A stretch of DNA of 64,000 bases from a virus: positions 1 through 64,000 of the IMG/VR virus record IMGVR_UViG_3300021963_000083; one strand, 5' to 3'. The position numbers and the translations under genes are program-made. This document shows positions 1 through 6,904 of the stretch, in pieces; positions within the stretch are counted from its first letter, which is position 1; each line of letters starts with the position of its first letter. The notes below the pieces were generated by a model that worked only from the letters and a program-made list of their open reading frames with translations, ran no database searches and was not told the DNA's origin.

Positions 1-81
1 ACTATGAAGATCTAGACCAGCCGATCCGATTGTTTGGTATTGAGGAATAATTGCATCCTCATGTAACTTCTCAAATGTCAT
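1..81 (-). CDS. dut: dUTPase, N-terminal fragment (runs off window start)
   Basis: Manual translation from ATG at 81 gives MTFEKLHEDAIIPQYQTIGSAGLDLHS, containing dUTPase motif 1 (SAGLDL). Not in the ORF track. Confidence 0.85.
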   Translation of the reverse strand, partial: MTFEKLHEDAIIPQYQTIGSAGLDLHS

Positions 82-274
82 CCAGTAACATTCCTTGTAA
101 GCATGTCATAATAGTTGCTCCATTTAGTTTAAACTTCATGGAATCAATATCCAATCCGTTATCTATGGCCCATGGAATTAACTGTTCCTGTACAAATTCT
201 AGTACAGGGTCGATTTCATCCACTATGGCTACAGTGGGATTATTCCCAAATAGCTTGACCACATTATCGTCCAT
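71..274 (-). CDS. hypothetical protein (likely start MDDNVVKLF)
   Basis: Part of ORF 71..358. ATG at 274 overlaps the end of the upstream gene, and the stop overlaps the dUTPase start. Confidence 0.6.
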   Translation of the reverse strand: MDDNVVKLFGNNPTVAIVDEIDPVLEFVQEQLIPWAIDNGLDIDSMKFKLNGATIMTCLQGMLLDDI

Positions 275-479
275 TATGACAGACCCTAATAAACCTTGCT
301 TTAGTGTTAGTTTTGTCGGGATTAGGGATTGAAAAGCAAACCCGTTTTCCGGCAGCAAGGGCCTTGACTTTGAATATAGCTCGGTCTATAACTCCCCAAG
401 TGTCAAACGAATGTGCTGTCGAAACATTACGACGTTCGCCCTTAGAGACCTGCTTTGACCTTTTTCTCTTTTTACCCAA
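264..479 (-). CDS. small basic hypothetical phage protein (MGKKRKRSKQVSKGERRNV)
   Basis: ORF track; packs tightly into the leftward operon. Confidence 0.6.
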   Translation of the reverse strand: MGKKRKRSKQVSKGERRNVSTAHSFDTWGVIDRAIFKVKALAAGKRVCFSIPNPDKTNTKARFIRVCHNGR

Positions 480-639
480 AAGTCCATTTCCTTTTTCTTA
501 AATATGATACCTGATTATGTATGGCCTTTTCTGTTCGGCCTGGTAGCAGTTCAAGAAGTTCCTTCATCGGCTTGAGCTTATAATACTTTTTCAAAACGTA
601 ACGCTCCTCGTCCGTCCAAGGTCTCTTCTTGTACTGCAT
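472..639 (-). CDS. small Myb/SANT-like HTH DNA-binding protein, 55 aa
   Basis: Manual translation MQYKKRPWTDEERYVLKKYYKLKPMKELLELLPGRTEKAIHNQVSYLRKRKWTFG shows the WT.EE...L...LPGRT..AI pattern. Confidence 0.7.
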   Translation of the reverse strand: MQYKKRPWTDEERYVLKKYYKLKPMKELLELLPGRTEKAIHNQVSYLRKRKWTFG

Positions 640-645
640 TCATGT

Positions 646-674
646 AATATATGTGATTTTAGCTCGAAAGTCAA
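646..674 (-). promoter_or_regulatory. sigma70-type promoter, leftward
   Basis: TTGACT (674-669), 17 nt, TATATT (651-646). Confidence 0.75.
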
Positions 675-729
675 GACATATTTTGGCCCAAACTAGGAAA
701 GATTTGTTTTGGGTTGCTTAATTTATTTC

Positions 730-758
730 TTGACATCAAGGCTCAAAGTGTGTATAGT
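730..758 (+). promoter_or_regulatory. sigma70-type promoter, rightward (divergent pair)
   Basis: TTGACA-17-TATAGT with an AT-rich UP element. Confidence 0.8.
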
Positions 759-765
759 GCATAAC

Positions 766-906
766 ATGACTGAGAAGAAATGTCAAAAGAAGTGCAAGCT
801 AGACCAAGATAATTTGGTCTGCCTTGGATGTGGTAGAACCCTAATGGAGATTATAGATGCAGGAAACGCACACGCAAAAAATGGAAAGAAAAAGAAAGCA
901 ACGTGA
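766..906 (+). CDS. DUF1289-like small Cys-rich protein
   Basis: MTEKKCQKKCKLDQDNLVCLGCGRTLMEI matches the CxxxC...CxGCxRTxxEI pattern. Confidence 0.7.
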   Translation: MTEKKCQKKCKLDQDNLVCLGCGRTLMEIIDAGNAHAKNGKKKKAT

Positions 907-1033
907 TCTTTGGTATCGCTCGACAGGGCAAAAGCTCATTCTAGCTAATATCTCGAAGAATCACATGGACTACGGAATGAGCCCAGCTCAGCATCTACGT
1001 GCTAAGCAGGAACGCGCAGAAAATAATTCTTGA
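857..1033 (+). CDS. hypothetical protein, 58 aa
   Basis: GGAGA SD then ATG 857; MQETHTQKMERKRKQRDLWY...ENNS*. Confidence 0.5.
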   Translation: MQETHTQKMERKRKQRDLWYRSTGQKLILANISKNHMDYGMSPAQHLRAKQERAENNS

Positions 1034-1058
1034 CTTTTGGTGTAACTTTTGTTATATC
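1030..1058 (+). promoter_or_regulatory. promoter of the tmRNA gene
   Basis: TTGACT-17-TATATC (context GTTATATC), just upstream of the acceptor piece. Confidence 0.7.
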
Positions 1059-1064
1059 AGATAC

Positions 1065-1386
1065 ATAGTCGCTGACAGCCGACAATAAAAGCGGACAAGA
1101 CCGGAGTTCGATTCTCCGCGGCTCCACCATAGACACACCACTGTTTGATCGACAGAGTATGGTACTAACTGGATCGTATGCCAGTAGATAGGGTTCGAGT
1201 CCCTTGGTGTGTCTTTGATGGGGCCGACCTGGGTTCGATTGACGTGTAATAGGAACGCCGAGACTATTGACTGGCAAAGTGCCACTAAACTAAATGCTAA
1301 CGATAACGATAGCTTTGCAGATATCCGCCTAGCGGCATAATCTACACGGGTACGGCTCCACCTTGGAACAGAACGGGCCATTTTTC
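1065..1386 (+). ncRNA. ssrA: two-piece (circularly permuted) tmRNA, alphaproteobacterial type
   Basis: The acceptor piece ends CGGAG-TTCGATT-CTCCG-CGGCTCC-A-CCA at 1129. The coding piece starts GGGGCCGA at 1220, giving a 7-bp acceptor stem with G3:U70. Tag 1296-1340 reads ANDNDSFADIRLAA*. A 3' hairpin and T-run end near 1386. Confidence 0.93.
1131..1214 (+). ncRNA. tRNA-like element inside the tmRNA intervening segment
   Basis: AGACACACCA/TGGTGTGTCT closing stem, three internal hairpins and an AGGG-TTCGAGT-CCCT T-arm. No canonical anticodon loop. Confidence 0.7.
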
Positions 1387-1399
1387 ATAGGGAGATAAA

Positions 1400-1561
1400 A
1401 TGAGTAATCCATGGACTATACCTTTCGACGGCATCACGCATGTTTGTTGGAAAGATAAAGAAGGTACTCCACAGCACAGGAAGATGACATTCGCGGAAGA
1501 AAGCGCTTATTTCAAATCTAGTGACAAGGAGAAATACCTCAATGAACTACTCCGTATCTGA
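1400..1561 (+). CDS. hypothetical protein, 53 aa
   Basis: GGGAGA SD, ATG 1400, MSNPWTIPFDGITHVCWKD...LLRI*. Confidence 0.6.
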   Translation: MSNPWTIPFDGITHVCWKDKEGTPQHRKMTFAEESAYFKSSDKEKYLNELLRI

Positions 1562-1829
1562 GGAAGTACCCCTAGCTTGGGATCATATCATCAATACCTT
1601 TATAACTATGGTAGAAAATGATGTTAACTTTAATAATGGGGTAGCAATTGAAGATGTTCAATGTTCAGTACGACACGGAACTTTAGCTATTATGTATAGA
1701 GGTGGAAGCAAGATAACAGATGCTTTCTCTATGTTTGCTAAAGAAATGTCTGCTAATACTTGTTCAGGATGTTCAATGCCTTCTACTAGGCGTATATTTG
1801 GATCTCCTAAATGTGATGACTGCTACTAG
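1542..1829 (+). CDS. hypothetical protein with C-terminal CxxC...CxxC
   Basis: AAGGAG SD before ATG 1542; CSGC...KCDDC. Confidence 0.7.
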   Translation: MNYSVSEEVPLAWDHIINTFITMVENDVNFNNGVAIEDVQCSVRHGTLAIMYRGGSKITDAFSMFAKEMSANTCSGCSMPSTRRIFGSPKCDDCY

Positions 1830-1857
1830 GGGGCTTAACAGCCCCCTATTTGCATTT
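1827..1857 (+). terminator. intrinsic terminator
   Basis: TAGGGGGCT-TAAC-AGCCCCCTA followed by TTTGCATTT. Confidence 0.7.
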
Positions 1858-1892
1858 GTCTGGCTGATTCGTAAGAATCACAGAGCAGAAAT

Positions 1893-2294
1893 ATGCTATT
1901 CTTCGCATTAAGGATGCTAGGATTCGGTAAAAAGTTACTAGAACTAGCTATTAAACATTGGAAGATAGTACTTCCGGTAGTTATAATTATAGTAGAGTTC
2001 TTTGTAGTATCCAATGTTTATTATAACAAAGGCGTTACAGAAGAACGCACTAAGTGGGAAAAGAAAATAGAAGAAGAAGGTGAGAAGAACAAAAAACTCA
2101 CAGATTCTATAGCGACCCAAGCAGTTAACTACGGTGAGCTTGCTAGAAAGCAAGATCAGGCTAGAGTACAAAAAGAAGTTATTCATGAAAATAGTATCAG
2201 AACTATTATTCAAGAAAAGCCTATATATAAAGAGTGTAAAACAGATGCAGATGTTCTAAAAGAACTTAATGCAATCAGAGGGTTAGGACAATGA
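1893..2294 (+). CDS. i-spanin (Rz-like)
   Basis: N-terminal TM segment plus coiled-coil region with a C-terminal Cys; overlaps a lipoprotein gene. Confidence 0.75.
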   Translation: MLFFALRMLGFGKKLLELAIKHWKIVLPVVIIIVEFFVVSNVYYNKGVTEERTKWEKKIEEEGEKNKKLTDSIATQAVNYGELARKQDQARVQKEVIHENSIRTIIQEKPIYKECKTDADVLKELNAIRGLGQ

Positions 2295-2575
2295 AAAAAC
2301 TAATATTAGCTTTGGCACTTCTTACTACCGCTTGTGCAGGTAAGGAGACAGGACTAGCCCCAGCGGTGCAAATTCCTCCTCTTCCAGGAAATCTCGCACA
2401 AAAAGCAGAGCCTCTACCTCCTATTACAGATCCAACTATGGGCGGACTTGTACAGGCTAATGTAGATACAAGTAAACGATATAATGCAGTATCTTTCCAA
2501 CTAAATAAGATCATAGATCTATATGTTTGCGTAAAAGATGCTGTAAATGACAAGAAGGAACTCAAATGTCAATAG
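2291..2575 (+). CDS. o-spanin (Rz1-like lipoprotein)
   Basis: Signal peptide MKKLILALALLTTAC (lipobox) followed by a Pro-rich segment. Confidence 0.8.
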   Translation: MKKLILALALLTTACAGKETGLAPAVQIPPLPGNLAQKAEPLPPITDPTMGGLVQANVDTSKRYNAVSFQLNKIIDLYVCVKDAVNDKKELKCQ

Positions 2576-2841
2576 AAACTACACTAGCAGAACGTGGCGC
2601 TCGTTATGGCTCTTTTGAGGAGCACGCCACTATTGCTCAAGCTATTCAGGATGCCTTTCGTATCTATCCTGAGAAGTGGGAACGACTCCCTCCAGTAGTA
2701 AAGCAAGGATTCACCACACTAGCGGATAAGTTCGCTCGTGCTATTAATGGTGATCCTATGTATGATGATAACTACCATGACATTGGCGGGTACGCTAAGC
2801 TTATGGAAGACTGGGTTAAGAAGATTAATAATCTGTCTTGA
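2566..2841 (+). CDS. conserved phage protein (DUF6378/SaV-like)
   Basis: TLAERGARYGSF...K..R...GDP.Y.DNYHDIGGYAKL. Confidence 0.7.
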   Translation: MSIETTLAERGARYGSFEEHATIAQAIQDAFRIYPEKWERLPPVVKQGFTTLADKFARAINGDPMYDDNYHDIGGYAKLMEDWVKKINNLS

Positions 2842-2866
2842 CTTTACTACTGTTCTTTGCTATAAA
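2838..2866 (+). promoter_or_regulatory. promoter
   Basis: TTGACT-17-TATAAA (context GCTATAAA). Confidence 0.7.
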
Positions 2867-2874
2867 GGCTTACT

Positions 2875-3465
2875 ATGAATTTATTTTATCTTGACCATGA
2901 TTTAAACAAATGTGCCGAGTATCATATCGACAAGCACGTAGGTAAGATGCAGCTGGAAGCAGCGCAGCTTATGACTACTACACTGTGGGTCGATAAGTAT
3001 CTAGGCTTCATTCCACGTAAACTAACAAGCGAAGAACTAGGAGTTATTAATGAACATAAGCGTAATGAACCGGCTATTGACCAGCGTGTATTCACTCGAT
3101 ACCTGCCTACTCACATCAATCATCCCAGCGCTATTTGGGCACGTAGTAGCCTAGAGCATCACTACTGGATTATCAACTACATCAATGCTCTCAATGAGGA
3201 GACGATGTGGCGTGGTAATAAATCTCACGCATCCTGTGCAGAGGCCAATCGTATGCCAGAGCCTACTAGACTACCCAATGTAGGGTGGTCTACTCCAACT
3301 CTTGCAATGCCAGATCAGCTTAAGAGTGACGATGCTGTCGCTTCTTATCGCAAGTTCTATATGCTAGACAAAGGTCCGTTTGCTTCATGGAAAGTACGTG
3401 GTAAACCAGACTGGTGGGATGACGACATGGTAGCTGCACAGGCTGGAAGAATCTCAGGACGATAA
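2875..3465 (+). CDS. pyrimidine dimer DNA glycosylase / endonuclease V-like
   Basis: MNLFYLD...CAEYHIDKHVGKMQLEAAQL, THINHPSAIW, AMPD...YRKFY...K. Confidence 0.85.
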   Translation: MNLFYLDHDLNKCAEYHIDKHVGKMQLEAAQLMTTTLWVDKYLGFIPRKLTSEELGVINEHKRNEPAIDQRVFTRYLPTHINHPSAIWARSSLEHHYWIINYINALNEETMWRGNKSHASCAEANRMPEPTRLPNVGWSTPTLAMPDQLKSDDAVASYRKFYMLDKGPFASWKVRGKPDWWDDDMVAAQAGRISGR

Positions 3466-3587
3466 TGGATTTAGTTTTATCAATAATTCTCATTTTGGTT
3501 ATGATAGCTATATTAGCACAGATACCTTGGCAGATATGGTTAATTACCATTTTTATATTAGCTATAGTAGGGAGTATTAAAGAATAA
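3465..3587 (+). CDS. small membrane protein, 40 aa
   Basis: MDLVLSIILILVMIAILAQIPWQIWLITIFILAIVGSIKE; stop/start overlaps at both ends. Confidence 0.6.
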   Translation: MDLVLSIILILVMIAILAQIPWQIWLITIFILAIVGSIKE

Positions 3588-4132
3588 TGTTATATACTGG
3601 CTCTGGGAATATCCCACATCATATATACTGTTGGGTAGACTCATCATTCATTCGCAAGGATGTAGAGCCATATACCTTTGAACCCTGCATTTGGTTCGCT
3701 TTACATTCAAAACCTGGACACTCTTGGGGCTGTCATGTAATGCTAGAGTGCGGTGCTGTGTGGAGGGGTGTTCCTCCTCACGCTCTAGCATTCTCTCCGG
3801 AACCGAAACCTCTATGGTCTCTTGAAGATTCTCAGGTTTGGGACTGCTACGGCGATCAATTCTCAGTAATAAAGTATGACTATTTGAATAATCAAACAGC
3901 TGAGATACGTAGGAGCGGCGAGTTTGGCATGTATTTGTTTACTGCCGTTCCTATGAATGACGGATACACTATGGACCCATCCCAGTCGAAAGAGTTCATG
4001 TTCATAGAACTAGACAATGGCAGACTTTGTATCATGCCCACAAACGAGTTAAGATTTCATGATAAATCTTATACCGAAGGCGACTGGCCTACAAATATTA
4101 AATTAAACACAACATCATGGAGAGTCGAATGA
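3587..4132 (+). CDS. conserved hypothetical phage protein
   Basis: 181-aa ORF with GGGAG SD. Confidence 0.75.
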   Translation: MLYTGSGNIPHHIYCWVDSSFIRKDVEPYTFEPCIWFALHSKPGHSWGCHVMLECGAVWRGVPPHALAFSPEPKPLWSLEDSQVWDCYGDQFSVIKYDYLNNQTAEIRRSGEFGMYLFTAVPMNDGYTMDPSQSKEFMFIELDNGRLCIMPTNELRFHDKSYTEGDWPTNIKLNTTSWRVE

Positions 4133-4326
4133 AAGATAAGATTAAAAGAGTGCTTAAGAAGCATTTCCAGGCCCATATTGATAAGCACGCAATGAACGTC
4201 CACATTATGATGGACAATCCAATGGCTATTCATGATCATACTGATTTTATGGCCGCTATTGAACTTGAGCTAGCACATATTGCCGAGTACAAGGATAAAC
4301 TAGAGGCACTGGAAGAGATTCAATGA
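4129..4326 (+). CDS. hypothetical protein
   Basis: GGAG SD and ATGA overlap with the upstream stop. Confidence 0.75.
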   Translation: MKDKIKRVLKKHFQAHIDKHAMNVHIMMDNPMAIHDHTDFMAAIELELAHIAEYKDKLEALEEIQ

Positions 4327-4994
4327 GTGAAGTAAACCTAATCTCTATCTCTAAGCCCAGTGCCTATACAGACTGTAACACAGCCGAAGAACTAGTAGCT
4401 TGGGGAGCTAGAGTATCTAATCCCTCGAATCAAAATAATATGGCGACAGCTAATAAATTGGTTAGTTATCTAATTAAGAATCAGCACTGGTCGCCACTGG
4501 AGATGGTCCATGTCAGCATGGAAATTAAAACAACTAGAGATATTGCTCGCCAAATCTTACGACACAGAAGCTTCGCCTTCCAAGAATATAGCCAACGTTA
4601 TGCTGATCCAACAAGAGATCTTGGCTTTGTTACAAGGGAAGCTCGCTTACAAGATCGGAAGAATAGACAGAACTCCGTCGAAGTAGATGACGCAAGGTTG
4701 GTCGAAGAGTGGAACATGATGCAACACTATGCCATTCAAACTGCTTCGGAAGCATATGAGTGGGCAGTTCGTAATGGTATTGCCAAGGAACAAGCACGTT
4801 CTGTGCTTCCAGAAGGCTGTACAGAATCAACCATGATTATGGCGGGAACTCTTCGTAGCTGGATTCATTATTGCCAGCTTCGTATGGATAAAGCCACTCA
4901 AAAGGAACATCGCATTGTTGCAGAACAGTGCTGGAACATTATTCAACAACATTTTCCAAATGTTGTTGAGGCCTGTCAAGGAACAGTGGAATGA
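4323..4994 (+). CDS. thyX: FAD-dependent thymidylate synthase
   Basis: HWSPLEM and the RHRSFAFQEYSQRY ThyX motif. Confidence 0.96.
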   Translation: MSEVNLISISKPSAYTDCNTAEELVAWGARVSNPSNQNNMATANKLVSYLIKNQHWSPLEMVHVSMEIKTTRDIARQILRHRSFAFQEYSQRYADPTRDLGFVTREARLQDRKNRQNSVEVDDARLVEEWNMMQHYAIQTASEAYEWAVRNGIAKEQARSVLPEGCTESTMIMAGTLRSWIHYCQLRMDKATQKEHRIVAEQCWNIIQQHFPNVVEACQGTVE

Positions 4995-5137
4995 ATATGG
5001 AACTAGAATATAACGAAGACCTCGATGAATACTTTATTGTTATACCAGAGAGCATGCTTAGAAGGCTCGATTGGGAAGAGGGTGATATGCTTGACTACGA
5101 TCTAGATGAGGAAGTGCTTAGGATCTTCAAAATTTAA
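4991..5137 (+). CDS. AbrB/MazE/SpoVT-like small DNA-binding protein, 48 aa
   Basis: MNMELEYNEDLDEYFIVIPESMLRRLDWEEGDMLDYDLDEEVLRIFKI matches IP..l...l.W.EGD.l. Confidence 0.65.
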   Translation: MNMELEYNEDLDEYFIVIPESMLRRLDWEEGDMLDYDLDEEVLRIFKI

Positions 5138-5138
5138 C

Positions 5139-5167
5139 TTGACATTACGAGTCTTTGTTAGTATAAT
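5139..5167 (+). promoter_or_regulatory. consensus promoter
   Basis: TTGACA-17-TATAAT. Confidence 0.9.
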
Positions 5168-5194
5168 AGCAATTCATTTTTCAGGGAGATAATC

Positions 5195-5905
5195 ATGGCA
5201 ATCCGTAGTAAAGTAAAGGTTAAGGAAGGCGAAAACCTTACTGAAACCACTATTAAGAGGGTTATCGAACTTCTAGAAGCTCAGAAGCCTATCTCTAAGA
5301 AAGACGCTTGTGATATTCTTAATATCTCATATAATACTACACGTCTTACCAAGATTATCGAACAGTTTAAGCAAGACCAAGATGAGCAGCAGCGTCGTCG
5401 CGCTGCAAATCGTGGCAAAGCTGCAACCCCATTTGAGATTCAGGCCATTATTGAGGGCTATCTCGATGGAGACGCAATAGCAGACATTTCAAAGCGTATA
5501 TTCCGTTCTACGGGCTTTGTGAAGGAAGTTATTGAGTCGGTAGGCGTTCCACAGAAAGTTGTAGGTGCCAACTATTGGCAGCCTGGAATTATTCCGGAAC
5601 CCTGTGCACGAGAAGAATTCGAGCTAGGCCAAGTTGTTTGGCATGCTCGTAGGCATTGTATGGCCATCGTGTTAGAACGTAAGCATACGGTAAGTGAAAA
5701 GCACATCGCTAATTACTACCAAGTTTACGTTGTTGAGCCGATTGAAGAAGTTTCACCTTATTTTCCTCAGATTGATGGATATGGTGGCTACTACGACGGT
5801 GCCTATGCGTACGATCTAGGATCACTAGATCACCTTAAACAATATGGAGTGGACGTATATCGTCCATATAGACCCTACTTTAAAAAGTGGCTTGAAGGAA
5901 AATAA
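5195..5905 (+). CDS. T5 D2-like protein
   Basis: KPISKKDACDILNISYNTTRLTKII motif and 236-aa size resemble T5-like D2. Confidence 0.7.
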   Translation: MAIRSKVKVKEGENLTETTIKRVIELLEAQKPISKKDACDILNISYNTTRLTKIIEQFKQDQDEQQRRRAANRGKAATPFEIQAIIEGYLDGDAIADISKRIFRSTGFVKEVIESVGVPQKVVGANYWQPGIIPEPCAREEFELGQVVWHARRHCMAIVLERKHTVSEKHIANYYQVYVVEPIEEVSPYFPQIDGYGGYYDGAYAYDLGSLDHLKQYGVDVYRPYRPYFKKWLEGK

Positions 5906-6272
5906 ATTGCTTGTACATCATCACCTTGTAGTGAGGGCAGAATTAGCTGCCCCACCAACTGACCCAACTTATATTACTATCTGGAAGAAGAACCTAGTAG
6001 AAGCTATTGGAATGAAAATTCTAATGGGCCCATATGCTACGTATTCTGATATGGAGGGTAATCGTGGATTAACCGTAGCGACAGTCATTGAGACTAGTCA
6101 TATAGTTCTGCACGTCTGGGACGAAGAAAGTCCTGGCCTGATGCAACTTGATGTGTACTCTTGTGCCGAGTTTGATAAAAATACTATTTTTGCTGCAATT
6201 CAAGAGTTTCTGCCCACAAAAATAGACTACAAATTTCTAGACCGTACAGGCGACTTTATCCTAGCCTCGTAG
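5844..6272 (+). CDS. speD: S-adenosylmethionine decarboxylase-like pyruvoyl enzyme (true start probably near 5890)
   Basis: HHHL, GLTVATVIETSHIVLHVWDE, QLDVYSC..F. Confidence 0.85.
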   Translation: MEWTYIVHIDPTLKSGLKENKLLVHHHLVVRAELAAPPTDPTYITIWKKNLVEAIGMKILMGPYATYSDMEGNRGLTVATVIETSHIVLHVWDEESPGLMQLDVYSCAEFDKNTIFAAIQEFLPTKIDYKFLDRTGDFILAS

Positions 6273-6281
6273 AAAAATAAC

Positions 6282-6310
6282 TTGACTTCACATCCTTTTT
6301 GGAGTAACAT
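6282..6310 (+). promoter_or_regulatory. promoter
   Basis: AAAAATAAC-TTGACT-17-TAACAT. Confidence 0.6.
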
Positions 6311-6313
6311 TAC

Positions 6314-6511
6314 ATGTTAGAAAAAACTTTCACAGCTCTTGGCATTGGCGGAGTTATCCTACTGATTGTAGGAGTATTCGTTCTAGGCCCTTGGCTATCT
6401 ATTTTAGCGGTTAACCAGCTATTTGGCACAACTATCCAGCTTACATTCTGGAATTGGTTGAGCGCATTTTGGCTCCATATTATAGTAGCCAGCACCACAT
6501 CTAAGAGCTAG
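6314..6511 (+). CDS. small membrane protein
   Basis: Hydrophobic 65 aa with GGAG SD. Confidence 0.7.
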   Translation: MLEKTFTALGIGGVILLIVGVFVLGPWLSILAVNQLFGTTIQLTFWNWLSAFWLHIIVASTTSKS

Positions 6512-6558
6512 GCTGCATTAGCGGCAAGCACGTACTCTTCGGTACGTTATAGTTGGAC

Positions 6559-6894
6559 ATGGTACAAACTATACAAATAAAACGAGGTACGCGAGCTCAA
6601 ATTGAGGCTGCTAAGGCAGCAGGTCAGCTAAGAGACGGTGAGCCTTACTTAATCACAGACGAAAACAGATTGGCCGTTGGTACTAGTACCAGCGGCTATT
6701 CGTCGTTTGCAAAAACAGAAGAACTAAAAGACGAAAAAGTAGCCGTTGTTGCAAATGGTACCCCAGGATATTTAGGAGGCACTACTGGAACAAATGGGGT
6801 ACTTAGAACTAACAGTAGTATAACAATTCAAAAAGATATCAACAACAGCTTCATGGAATTAGCTGTAGCGAATGTAGACTTCGGCACATTCTGA
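6559..6894 (+). CDS. short fibre/adaptor-like protein (N-terminal IQIKRGT motif, C-terminal DFGTF)
   Basis: N-terminal ~50 aa are paralogous to the next gene. Confidence 0.7.
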   Translation: MVQTIQIKRGTRAQIEAAKAAGQLRDGEPYLITDENRLAVGTSTSGYSSFAKTEELKDEKVAVVANGTPGYLGGTTGTNGVLRTNSSITIQKDINNSFMELAVANVDFGTF

Positions 6895-6904
6895 GAATAA
6901 ATAA

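Noticed and set aside
1131-1214. Calling the tmRNA spacer element tRNA-Sec, tRNA-His or tRNA-Pro
   Set aside because: It has a 9/4-like stem geometry, a possible G-1:C73 pair and a TGG triloop, but no 7-nt anticodon loop with U33 and no TCA or GTG anticodon.
1002-1381. Minus-strand ORFs 1002..1277 and 1052..1381
   Set aside because: They are antisense to the tmRNA and have no SD or recognisable motifs.
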